Below are positions 1 to 9,036 of a stretch of DNA of 56,386 nt, in pieces. The notes below the pieces were generated by a model. It did no database searches. It was not told where the DNA came from and saw only the letters and a list, made by a program, of their open reading frames with translations. Position 1 is the stretch's first letter, and every line of letters starts with the position of its first letter. The DNA is from an uncultured Flavobacteriales bacterium (GTDB taxonomy: Bacteria > Bacteroidota > Bacteroidia > Flavobacteriales_C > GCA-002722245): positions 1-56,386 of the forward strand of contig CAJJCC010000028.1 of the NCBI GenBank assembly GCA_905182585.1, in the 5' to 3' direction. The translations under genes were made by a program, and so were the position numbers.

Positions 1-49
1 TTCAGGTTGTATGGTATGAAAGAAAAAAGAGTGCCTCTCCTTTTTTAAG

Positions 50-390
50 AAATCATCTGTTGTTGTTGTTGTTCCCATATTCACGTCATCCAGAGCGCAG
101 CGTGGGATCTTTAAGTAATTGCTTAAAGTTTCGGCAGTCGTGCCTCCTTCTGAATGACGGTTTTGGTTGTTATGTCGTTTGGTTGTAATGAAAGAAAAAT
201 AGCACATCTCCTTTTTTGCATCCTCTTTTTTACGTCTCCTTTTTAATAAATCATCCGTTGCTGTTGTTGCCACCAATTTACGTCATCCAGATCGCAGCGT
301 TGGATCTTTAAGTAATTGCTTAAAGTTTCGGCAATGGTACCTCTTTCTGAATGACGGTTTTGGTTGTTGTTTCGTTTGAGTGTTATGAAA
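50..390. repeat. Degenerate tandem repeat (period about 197-198 nt), each unit carrying a REP-like palindromic element (84-159 and 281-356)
   Basis: AAATCATC at 50 and 248. CGTCATCCAGA..GCAGCGT.GGATCT...CTGAATGACG at 84-159 and 281-356. Identical central near-palindrome CTTTAAGTAATTGCTTAAAG at 109-128 and 306-325. Bases 1-49 resemble the unit tail (ATGAAAGAAAAA..CTCCTTTTTT), so the array probably continues left of the window. Confidence 0.85.
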
Positions 391-537
391 TTGTTTAATC
401 AGCGCTCCTTTTTGTATTGTGGTTGCAGATAATTAATACATTTTATTAAATGAACAGGAATCTTAAGGCGTAAATGATGAAAATTAAAATTTAAGCAGAG
501 GTCGTAACTGAATGCCGAGTTAATTTTTATAACTGAG

Positions 538-1101
538 TTATTTCTCGCTTTTAGAGTCGTCTCTTTTCTTATCTACTTCCGGATCCATTAACATTCCAGT
601 ACATAAGCAATGTTTACGTTCAGTTCGGGTAAGGATGTCATAATTAACGCAAGATTGGCACCCTTTCCAGAATGATTCATCATCTGTTAATTCACTAAAC
701 GTAACTGGGCGGTAACCGAGTGCTGAGTTAATTTTCATAACGGGTAGAGAAGTAGTTAACCCGAAAAGTTTTGCGTTGGGGAACTTGGATCGTGATAACT
801 CAAATGCCTTGTTTTTAATTTCTTTGGATAATCCTTTGCCTCGGTAATCTTCGTTTACAATTAACCCAGAGTTGGCAACGTACTTGTCATGTCCCCAGGA
901 TTCGATGTAACAAAAACCAGCAACAATTTCGCCGTCGAGTGCAATGATAGCTTTACCCTCTTGCATTTTTTGAACGATGTATTCGGGCTTACGCTTAGCG
1001 ATTCCAGTCCCTCTCTTTTGAGCAGCATCTTCAATCATGGTCACAATTTTATTTGCGTACTTTGTGTGATCTTCGTTTGCTACTTGTATATCGATTGCCA
1101 T
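538..1101 (-). CDS. argA: GNAT N-acyltransferase, Bacteroidota-type N-acylglutamate synthase (ArgA-like, BT3761-type family)
   Basis: RGTGIAKR N-terminal motif, VANSGLIV..YRGKG acyl-CoA loop, FGLTTS, C-terminal FWKGCQSC...CLCTGM. This family usually heads Bacteroidota arginine operons. Confidence 0.75.
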   Translation of the reverse strand: MAIDIQVANEDHTKYANKIVTMIEDAAQKRGTGIAKRKPEYIVQKMQEGKAIIALDGEIVAGFCYIESWGHDKYVANSGLIVNEDYRGKGLSKEIKNKAFELSRSKFPNAKLFGLTTSLPVMKINSALGYRPVTFSELTDDESFWKGCQSCVNYDILTRTERKHCLCTGMLMDPEVDKKRDDSKSEK

Positions 1102-1155
1102 TGTGTGCTGTTTAATTCTTGTTAATAGGTTGAATTGTTTTCGTTAAATACGAAT

Positions 1156-1233
1156 TTAGGCCCTTGATGGCCTGCGGTTTCTAATCCTATTAAGAATGCT
1201 TAACGCAATGATATGTTGAGACGCACTTTTCAT
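1156..1233 (-). CDS. Putative Arg-rich leader peptide MKSASQHIIALSILNRIRNRRPSRA (25 aa)
   Basis: ATG at 1233-1231, TAA at 1158-1156. Five Arg codons in the last 10 positions. Lies between the promoter box at 1244-1251 and the argA-like start at 1101. Confidence 0.65.
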   Translation of the reverse strand: MKSASQHIIALSILNRIRNRRPSRA

Positions 1234-1243
1234 TAGTGAAGTG

Positions 1244-1251
1244 CAAAAATA
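1244..1251 (-). promoter_or_regulatory. Bacteroidota primary-sigma -7 box (TATTTTTG) for the leader/argA transcript
   Basis: Exact TAnnTTTG match 10 nt upstream of the leader ATG. Confidence 0.65.
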
Positions 1252-1317
1252 CGGATTATTTTTAAAAGTTGTAAGGAGCTGTTTAAAACAGTTGGGAAAT
1301 ACATTGAAATAAAGAGC

Positions 1318-2064
1318 TTATCGGGTTAAAACGATGTAGTCGTTGAGGACTTTTTTTAGAAATTCGGTACGTTTTTTGGGTACTTTTTTAATGTCCAATT
1401 CGGCGCAAATTTTTTCGGCTAATTTTTGGAGTAATTTACGGTAATGATCGTTTGGATTAGATCGGGCTCGGTCGAGGGTGTTTTTAAGCAACAGCATATC
1501 TTCCTCGGTAAACTTAACAACGGCTTCGTATTTTGGTTTGTAGTTTTCTTGTGTTTGAATTTTCAATAAATCCTTAATCGACATTTGATTTCGAGGGTTG
1601 GTTTTAATCACACAAGTATCGCCAACTAAATCCCCAATTCGTTGGTTTTTTTCGTTACTCATAATGGTAATTACAGCAACACTTCCTGCAGACAGCATAA
1701 TATCAATCAACCTAAACATCCATCGCATTCCAAAATCACCAATGTGCATTTGCTGCCCGTCGGCGCGCACTACTTTTATTCCCATGGCTTTTTTGCCAAT
1801 TGATTGTCCGTTAAACAGCGACTCGGAAACCAAATGATAGCTCATAATGACAGGGAAAATTAGGAATACGAAGATTAAAAAAGGAATGGTGTTTTCACCA
1901 AATTCACCAATGAAATTTGTGGCGATTAATAACCAAAAAATCACAAAACAATAAACGGTAACAATTAAGCTGTCTAATAAAAAAGCGAGGAGCCTTTCCA
2001 TTATACCTGCTAATTCATAGTCGATAGTGACGTTTTGAGTCGTATTTATGCTAATTGATCGCAA
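1318..2064 (-). CDS. RDD family membrane protein
   Basis: ISINTTQNVTIDYELA, ERLLAFLLD, GQSIGKKAMGIKVV, NQRIGDLVGDT motifs. Start revised to TTG at 2064; the upstream 25 codons are not family-like. Confidence 0.85.
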   Translation of the reverse strand: MRSISINTTQNVTIDYELAGIMERLLAFLLDSLIVTVYCFVIFWLLIATNFIGEFGENTIPFLIFVFLIFPVIMSYHLVSESLFNGQSIGKKAMGIKVVRADGQQMHIGDFGMRWMFRLIDIMLSAGSVAVITIMSNEKNQRIGDLVGDTCVIKTNPRNQMSIKDLLKIQTQENYKPKYEAVVKFTEEDMLLLKNTLDRARSNPNDHYRKLLQKLAEKICAELDIKKVPKKRTEFLKKVLNDYIVLTR

Positions 2065-2150
2065 TGGATGACCAATATAGTAAGAAATATCACAAATAAT
2101 TTTGCATTGATGTGTATAAGTACCAATTTTGAGCTTCAATACTACAAGAG

Positions 2151-4043
2151 TTGAGGGAAACCACTTTTATACGTCAGAAAAAGAAAAGCTGGCAAAAGTT
2201 TGAAGAAATGCAGCGAAGACAAGGATCAGACCCTGATGAGTTGACACGTCTTTTTGTGGAAATTACTGATGACCTTAGCTATTCCCGTACTTTTTACGCC
2301 AAACGATCGGTAAGAGTTTATCTTAACTACCTAGCACAGCTTGTGTTTTTTAAGGTAAACAAGAACAAAAAAGTTAAAATAAAACAATTTTTTAGTTTTT
2401 GGACGACAGGTTTACCCATGGAATTTGCTCGAAGTTGGAAAGCGATGCTTTTTGCTGTATTGATCTTTTTTGGAGCGATGACCGTTGGAGTTGTATCCAC
2501 GATGAATGATATTGGATATGCCGAAGAAATTATGGGCGCGCAGTATATTAGGATGACCGAAGAGAATATAGCAAATGGCGATCCTATGGCGGTTTACCAT
2601 CAACACGGAAGTGCAGGGGAGTCCACTTTTATGCTTACACAAAACAATACTCGTGTTGCTGCATTAACCTATACATCGGGTATTTTGGCTGGTTTACCTC
2701 CCATTATTATTATGGTGAAAAATGGAATAATGATGGGGACGTTTCATTATTATTTGTATTCCAAAGATGTGCTCGTGGATTCGATGTGGGTGGTTTGGAT
2801 TCATGGTGTTTTAGAAATATCTGCGATTGTAATTGCCGGTGGTGCTGGTTTGGTATTGGGTGGTGGATTAATTTTTCCTGGAACTTTCACACGATTACAG
2901 TCTTTGAGAATAAGCGCTAAGCGAAGTTTTAAAATTGCATTAAGTACTCTTTTTATTTTAATTATATCCGGTTTTATTGAAGGAAGTGTTACCCGGTTTA
3001 CGCAAATGCCAATGGGGGTAAAGTATCTGTTGGTGTTGGGATCGTTGGCGTTTATTTGTTTTTACTTTATTGCCTATCCTATTTACTTATACAAGACCAA
3101 AATTCAAACGGGGAAATTTGTTTTTGAAGATAAGATTCCGCACAATCCAACGGGTAGAGTTGAGTTGGAAAAAGTAAGAGAAATAGGTGAAATGTTTAAT
3201 GATTCGTTAAATATTTTTCGGCAAATATTTCCGACGGTTGCAAAATGTTGGTTAGCGCTCTCCTTTCCAATTTTAATTGGTTTAATTGTGTTTCACTTTG
3301 GATTTGCTACTGAATTTAATAAAGAACTTCTTTGGTGGATTAGTATTACCGAATTTTTCACTGTAAATGAATCCATCTGGATTAACCTGAGTTTTTTTAT
3401 GGCTTTAATTATTCCGTTATTTCTCAGTGCCTATTATGCTTTGCAGCAGTATCGTAACAAATGTGCGTTTGGATTAATTGAGTTTTATACGTTTGCAGTG
3501 AAGGGGATTTTAAAGGTATGGCCACTGTTATTGTTTTTGGTGCTTTGTATTTTAGTTGCGCATCCTTTACTTCTTGTGGCGTTCATGGTTTTATGTCCTT
3601 TTATATTTCAGTTTAGTTATTTGGGATTTTATAAAAAAGACACTTACAAAAACAGTTTAAACGACGGTAAAAAGCTGGTGTTTAAATCGTGGTTTGGATC
3701 GGTTGGCTTTTTTATGATTCAAATGACCATTCCGCTATTGTTAATGCTGGCGGCATACTTTTTATTTGGTGAACAAGGCATGGGAATAACCGATTTTGTT
3801 GTTGAATTTATTTTAGAGCATATTTCTCCTTTTGTAAACGACATCGCACCGTTTGCTAACGCCCTTAATTTTGGATTGTATTATATTATTTTTTCAATTG
3901 TACTCACATTTGTAATTGTTGGAATGGCGATTCAATTCCACTCGGTAAGAGAGCGGATAGAGGCGCACAGTTTATATAATAGATTACAAGATTTTGGTAC
4001 AAAACACAACCTTTTCGAACAAATAGATGAAGGTGAATATTAA
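2151..4043 (+). CDS. Stage II sporulation protein M (SpoIIM/DUF95) family membrane protein with an extra C-terminal multi-TM domain
   Basis: MRETTFIRQ start, TDDLSYSRTFY, GDPMAVY, NG..MG, WIHGVLEISAIVIAGGAG, FIEGSVT motifs, followed by about 300 more hydrophobic residues. Confidence 0.85.
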   Translation: MRETTFIRQKKKSWQKFEEMQRRQGSDPDELTRLFVEITDDLSYSRTFYAKRSVRVYLNYLAQLVFFKVNKNKKVKIKQFFSFWTTGLPMEFARSWKAMLFAVLIFFGAMTVGVVSTMNDIGYAEEIMGAQYIRMTEENIANGDPMAVYHQHGSAGESTFMLTQNNTRVAALTYTSGILAGLPPIIIMVKNGIMMGTFHYYLYSKDVLVDSMWVVWIHGVLEISAIVIAGGAGLVLGGGLIFPGTFTRLQSLRISAKRSFKIALSTLFILIISGFIEGSVTRFTQMPMGVKYLLVLGSLAFICFYFIAYPIYLYKTKIQTGKFVFEDKIPHNPTGRVELEKVREIGEMFNDSLNIFRQIFPTVAKCWLALSFPILIGLIVFHFGFATEFNKELLWWISITEFFTVNESIWINLSFFMALIIPLFLSAYYALQQYRNKCAFGLIEFYTFAVKGILKVWPLLLFLVLCILVAHPLLLVAFMVLCPFIFQFSYLGFYKKDTYKNSLNDGKKLVFKSWFGSVGFFMIQMTIPLLLMLAAYFLFGEQGMGITDFVVEFILEHISPFVNDIAPFANALNFGLYYIIFSIVLTFVIVGMAIQFHSVRERIEAHSLYNRLQDFGTKHNLFEQIDEGEY

Positions 4044-5022
4044 GTTCATATTCTCTGTTTTTTTAGCGATGATCATTAATATATCATTTGCGCAAAAGGA
4101 GCATGTTCTCCCCGTGGAAGTGGATACGGAGGAAGTATTTGCTGAAGAGGTTGAAATCGAACGAAAAAGGTTTAATCAATCGGACTACGATAGTTTAAAA
4201 AATGCAGTAGACCTTATTGAAGTGATGGAAGAAAAGCGACTTAAGGCAGATAGTTCCACTTTTGGAGAGGGCTATGGGGTTGAAAAAGGGGATTCTTACA
4301 CAATTTACAACTATGATTCGATTTCTGGAACCGGAATTTATAGTGAACGGCAAAGAGGAAGCGGTGGTGTTAATGCTGGTGACGGAGTGCTTCCGGAGAA
4401 CAGACAAAATGGTGGGCATAAGGAGTTTCAAAGAAGACATAATAATGATCGGAGAAGAAACTCTAGAAAAGATGTTCAGCGTGAGTATTTAAAAAATAAG
4501 GAAGACTTACATAAAGATAATCCGAGGGAAGAATTTGAAAAGAAGGAAAGGGAAAGAAAACGAAATTCCGGAGGTGGCGCTGGTTTTTTCAAGCTTGTAC
4601 TCATCATTTTGATTGGCGGTATTTTAGCCTTTGCTGTTTATATGTTGTTTTTAAAAACCCCAATGGAAGGGGAGAGTCATAAAATATTATATGATCAGGA
4701 ATTAAATCCGGAAAGTATTAAGTTGACAGAATTGGAACTTAAAATTAAGGCGTCGAAAAAGGCGAATGATTTTAGAGGAGCTACCCGTTTATACTTTGCT
4801 TGGGTAATTAAGGAGTTGTCTGATAGGGACTTTATTGACTGGCGAAAACGTAAAACGAATTCTAATTATTTACTGGAAGTGTCGGATAAGCCGTTTCACA
4901 AAGCTTTTGAGTTGGCTGTGAAAAATTACGAGTTTATTTGGTACGGTAAGTATGAAATTGGCAAGACCGATTTTGAGTTGATTGAGAAAGAGTTTTTGAA
5001 TTTAATTAATAGGATAAAGTAA
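4027..5022 (+). CDS. DUF4129-domain membrane protein
   Basis: Signal peptide, one TM segment, C-terminal DFRGATRLYF...IDWRKRKTNSNY...YEFIWYG pattern, and position in the MoxR cluster. Confidence 0.75.
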   Translation: MKVNIKFIFSVFLAMIINISFAQKEHVLPVEVDTEEVFAEEVEIERKRFNQSDYDSLKNAVDLIEVMEEKRLKADSSTFGEGYGVEKGDSYTIYNYDSISGTGIYSERQRGSGGVNAGDGVLPENRQNGGHKEFQRRHNNDRRRNSRKDVQREYLKNKEDLHKDNPREEFEKKERERKRNSGGGAGFFKLVLIILIGGILAFAVYMLFLKTPMEGESHKILYDQELNPESIKLTELELKIKASKKANDFRGATRLYFAWVIKELSDRDFIDWRKRKTNSNYLLEVSDKPFHKAFELAVKNYEFIWYGKYEIGKTDFELIEKEFLNLINRIK

Positions 5023-5055
5023 AATTAGGTTAATCCATTTGTAAAAGGGAAGGAC

Positions 5056-6375
5056 TTGAGTAAAGGTAATATGAACGATTCAATGAAATACATAATCATC
5101 GCACTTTTGGTTTTGGGACTAGGTGGAGTGCTGTATTTTATTGGAGACGAAAGTGATGATGCTGATGGAAATAAGGTAGAGGCTATTGATTGGAATAAAA
5201 CTTACAACCATGATAGTAAACATCCTTACGGAACATTTTTTATGCGTAAAATCCTTGAAGTAGGGTTGGATGGGCATGAGGTGATTAATATTGATGTTGC
5301 GGTACAGGACTATTTTAAATACGATTCGTTACAGCTTGAAGAGACTAACATTACTTACATGTTTATTGGTAAGTCGTTGAATTTATACGATTATGAAGTG
5401 GATAGTTTATTACAGTTTGCAGCGGCAGGAAACCAATTATTTATAGCTGCCGAGAACCTTCCTGTAAACCTATTAAAAGCCTTGTTTGATAATTACAATG
5501 CCTACGATTATTTCTCTTATGTGGAAGATACTTCTGTTGCGTTAACCTATGAAAATTTAGCTTTTAATACTGAGTTTTTGTTGAATAATGAAATTAAGAA
5601 CAACCTGAAAAGGCAACGATGGAGAAACATCAATTACGGGGTAGATTATAATCACGGAGGGGAGGTGTTAGGAAAAGCTGGTAACCGACCGTGTTATTTG
5701 AAATTTAAGTACGGAGCAGGAACTGTTTTATTGCACACCATTCCACAAGCGTTTACCAATAGAGTTTTAAGTTTGGATGAGGGAAGGAATTATACCGAAA
5801 AGGCTATTTCGTTTTTCCCTAAGAGTACAATTTTGTGGGATAATTATACGAAGTACGTTTATGACGATGGTTTAATGACTTTGGATTATGGTGATAAAAC
5901 ACACTCGAATAGATCGGGAGGAATGTTGGGAGATTTTAAATCATTACATTTTTTACTTAAAAACAAAGCGCTGCGTTGGGGCTATGGCATTATTCTAATG
6001 GGAATGCTTTTGTATTTGATTTTTAAAGGAAAACGGGAACAAAAGATTATACCAACTATGGAATTAAATCATAATTCGTCTCTAGAGTTTACAGAAACGC
6101 TTGCGCGACTTTATTTAAAGCAAAATCAACACAACAAATTAATTGTGCATTTGGAGACGATTTTTAAAAATAAGATTCGAACAAGGTATTATATTCAGTA
6201 CTCGGATGGCCCCTTATTTATTGAACGATTATCCAAAAAATCTGGAGTTGATCAGGAAGAGATTAAGGCTTTATTGAATTTTTTAAAAGGAGGTTCAAAC
6301 ATCACAGAAGTATCGGATGAGTACTTGGTGAATTTGTATAAAAAATTAAATGACTTTTATAAAAAAGCAAAATAA
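5056..6375 (+). CDS. DUF4350-domain membrane protein (start may be ATG near 5071 or 5083)
   Basis: IDWNKTY..DSKHPYGT, GTVLLHTIPQAFTN, GKREQKIIP, NSSLEFTETLARLY motifs; cluster context. Confidence 0.75.
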   Translation: MSKGNMNDSMKYIIIALLVLGLGGVLYFIGDESDDADGNKVEAIDWNKTYNHDSKHPYGTFFMRKILEVGLDGHEVINIDVAVQDYFKYDSLQLEETNITYMFIGKSLNLYDYEVDSLLQFAAAGNQLFIAAENLPVNLLKALFDNYNAYDYFSYVEDTSVALTYENLAFNTEFLLNNEIKNNLKRQRWRNINYGVDYNHGGEVLGKAGNRPCYLKFKYGAGTVLLHTIPQAFTNRVLSLDEGRNYTEKAISFFPKSTILWDNYTKYVYDDGLMTLDYGDKTHSNRSGGMLGDFKSLHFLLKNKALRWGYGIILMGMLLYLIFKGKREQKIIPTMELNHNSSLEFTETLARLYLKQNQHNKLIVHLETIFKNKIRTRYYIQYSDGPLFIERLSKKSGVDQEEIKALLNFLKGGSNITEVSDEYLVNLYKKLNDFYKKAK

Positions 6376-6377
6376 TT

Positions 6378-7487
6378 ATGGAATCAAACGAAAATAATCC
6401 AGCTGAAAATTTAGACGTAAACAAGCCTCAAGAAGTTGTTGCATCAGAAGCTTCAAAGGAGACTACTCCGGAAATTTCAAGCGAAAGCACAATTGAAGTT
6501 GTTGAAGTAACGGAAAAATTTATACCAGAATCACGATTGAAGTTGCAGAAGTTTCAGGATAAGGTGGCGGCTGTAAAAACCGAAACTCAAAAGATGGTAA
6601 TTGGTCAGCATGAGTTAGTTGATCAAATTATTTTAGCAATTTTTGCTGGTGGTCATGTACTGTTGGAGGGCGTGCCAGGGATTGCTAAAACATTAACGGC
6701 AAAAGTGATTTCGAAAACACTTTCTGTTGCTTATTCAAGAATTCAGTTTACACCAGATTTAATGCCATCTGATGTATTAGGAACCTCTGTTTTTAATGTT
6801 AAAACATCAGAATTCACATATAAGAAAGGACCTATATTTTCTAATATTGTATTGATTGATGAGATTAATAGATCGCCTGCTAAAACGCAAGCTGCTTTGT
6901 TTGAGGTAATGGAAGAGCGACAGATTACAAACGACGGACAAACCTTTAAAATGGAACCTCCATTTTTTATCATTGCTACCCAAAACCCAATTGAGCAAGA
7001 AGGAACTTACCGTTTGCCAGAAGCGCAATTGGATCGTTTCCTTTTTAGAATTAAACTAGAATATCCTTCGATTAAAGATGAGATTAAAATTCTTCACCGT
7101 TTTAAACACTCTATTAAAGAGGTGAGTTTTGCGGATGTTAATCCGGTATTAACTGCTGCTGATATTGAAGAATTTCAAGGTTTGATTGAAAGTGTTAAAA
7201 TTGAAGATCAATTGATTGAATATATTGCGAAAATTGTTGCTGAAACGCGTAATCACGCGATGTTATATTTAGGGGCTTCGCCAAGAGCAAGCTTATCTAT
7301 TTTAAAAGCGGCTAAAACAATTGCAGCAATTAGAGGCCGTGATTTTGTAACGCCGGATGATATTCAGTATGTGTCGGATCCGGTTATGAATCACAGAATT
7401 ATTTTAACGCCAGAAGCTGAAATGGAAGGGGTGTCGGCTGAGGATGTAATTGCTGAGATTGTACAAAAAATTGAAGTGCCAAGATAA
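6378..7487 (+). CDS. moxR: MoxR family AAA+ ATPase
   Basis: GHVLLEGVPGIAKT Walker A, RIQFTPDLMPSD, LIDEINR Walker B, ATQNPIEQEGTYRLPEAQLDRF, GASPRA. Confidence 0.95.
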   Translation: MESNENNPAENLDVNKPQEVVASEASKETTPEISSESTIEVVEVTEKFIPESRLKLQKFQDKVAAVKTETQKMVIGQHELVDQIILAIFAGGHVLLEGVPGIAKTLTAKVISKTLSVAYSRIQFTPDLMPSDVLGTSVFNVKTSEFTYKKGPIFSNIVLIDEINRSPAKTQAALFEVMEERQITNDGQTFKMEPPFFIIATQNPIEQEGTYRLPEAQLDRFLFRIKLEYPSIKDEIKILHRFKHSIKEVSFADVNPVLTAADIEEFQGLIESVKIEDQLIEYIAKIVAETRNHAMLYLGASPRASLSILKAAKTIAAIRGRDFVTPDDIQYVSDPVMNHRIILTPEAEMEGVSAEDVIAEIVQKIEVPR

Positions 7488-7534
7488 ACCCTAAATTAAG
7501 TATTTGAACATTTAAAAGCAATATTAACGGGCGT

Positions 7535-8875
7535 TTGAAAAAAAATAATTTCATATCAAATTTGTACTTAACCAACTGGTTTTTTCTATTGTTAGCGATA
7601 GCTTCTTTGATTTTCATCGTGAGCTTTTTGTTTGATCCGTTGTTCTTTTTTGCACAGTTATTTTTAGCTTTTGTAGTTTGTTACTTGTTGCTTGATATTT
7701 TGATCGTTTACAGTAGCTCTACAAAATTAGAAGCCAAGCGAGAGCTGAAAGAGCAACTGAATTTGGGCGATGATAATCACGTGAAGATTTATATTCAGAA
7801 TCATCATAATTTACCGGCGATATTGAAGGTAATTGATGAGATTCCTTATCAATTTCAAATTAGAGATTTTTCTCGATTTCTCACCTTAAATCCAGGGGAA
7901 AGCAGAACGCTGGATTATTACGTTAAACCTGTAAAAAGGGGAGCTTATAAGTTTGGATCGTTGAATGTGTTTGTAGGTTCTTTTTTAAGAATGGCACAAC
8001 GAAGGGTTAAATTTTCGCAGGATTTTGAAGCGAAGGCTTATCCATCAGTTCGATTAATGCGTGAGTTTGAACTAAAAGTGTTTACGCATTCGAACCTTTC
8101 TCAAGGGGTTAAAAAAGTTAGACGATTAGGGAATAATCAAGAGTTTGAACAAATCAAACCTTATGTTCAGGGAGATGATTTTAGAAAAGTAAATTGGAAA
8201 GCTACAAGTAGGAAAGGGGAGTTGATGGTAAATCAATACCAAGATGAGCGTTCGCAAAGTATTTATTCGATTGTAGATAAAAGTAGAGCGATGAAGATGC
8301 CGTTTAATGACATGACGCTTTTAGACCATAGTATTAATTCAACTTTGGTAATTTCTAACATTGCGCTTAGAAAGGATGATAAAGTTGGTTTATTGACGTT
8401 TTCGGATAAGTTGGGAGTTCACGTGAAGGCAGAGAAATTAGGTGGGCAGTTGAGGAAACTAATGGAAAACCTTTATCGTCAGAAAACAAGATACAATGAA
8501 GCGAATTTTGAAATGCTTTATTACGGTGTTCGTCAAAACATAAAGGGAAGAAGTTTAGTGTTTTTATATACCAATTTCGAAACGATGTACGCAATGGAAC
8601 GTGCGCTTCCTATGTTACGTAAAATAGGGAAATTACATTTATTGGTTGTGGTTTTCTTTGAAAATACTGGTTTGATTGAACGCGCAGAAAGTAAGGCTTT
8701 AACAATAGAAGATATTTACACGCAAACAATGGCTCAAAAAGCGGTAATTGAGAAACAAACAATTGCGGCTGAGTTAGAGAAGTATGGAATAAATACGATT
8801 TTGACTACTCCTGAAAAATTAAATGTGGATACGATTAATAAGTATTTAGAGTTGAAATCAAGAGGGGCAATTTAG
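7535..8875 (+). CDS. DUF58 (vWA-like) protein, MoxR partner
   Basis: EFEQIKPYVQGDDFRKVNWKATSR...VNQYQDERSQ motif; N-terminal TM pair; directly follows moxR. Confidence 0.9.
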   Translation: MKKNNFISNLYLTNWFFLLLAIASLIFIVSFLFDPLFFFAQLFLAFVVCYLLLDILIVYSSSTKLEAKRELKEQLNLGDDNHVKIYIQNHHNLPAILKVIDEIPYQFQIRDFSRFLTLNPGESRTLDYYVKPVKRGAYKFGSLNVFVGSFLRMAQRRVKFSQDFEAKAYPSVRLMREFELKVFTHSNLSQGVKKVRRLGNNQEFEQIKPYVQGDDFRKVNWKATSRKGELMVNQYQDERSQSIYSIVDKSRAMKMPFNDMTLLDHSINSTLVISNIALRKDDKVGLLTFSDKLGVHVKAEKLGGQLRKLMENLYRQKTRYNEANFEMLYYGVRQNIKGRSLVFLYTNFETMYAMERALPMLRKIGKLHLLVVVFFENTGLIERAESKALTIEDIYTQTMAQKAVIEKQTIAAELEKYGINTILTTPEKLNVDTINKYLELKSRGAI

Positions 8876-9036
8876 GTTTTTTGTCTTAATATATTAAGAT
8901 ACTTTCTTAGTTAATTTTAAAATATATAATATTTTTAATTAGAATTCATTACGCTCCCTTTTTAATTGATTTTTGTAAAAGCTTACCGTCAATACTATAA
9001 ATATTAAATTTTTTGATGGATTATCGTTTACAATAA

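Noticed and set aside
50-390. Repeat array as a CRISPR array
   Set aside because: Units are about 197 nt, the intervening sequences are homologous rather than unique spacers, and no cas genes are present.
8885-8900. Palindrome TCTTAATATATTAAGA after the DUF58 gene
   Set aside because: Almost entirely A/T, expected by chance in this composition; at most a weak terminator.
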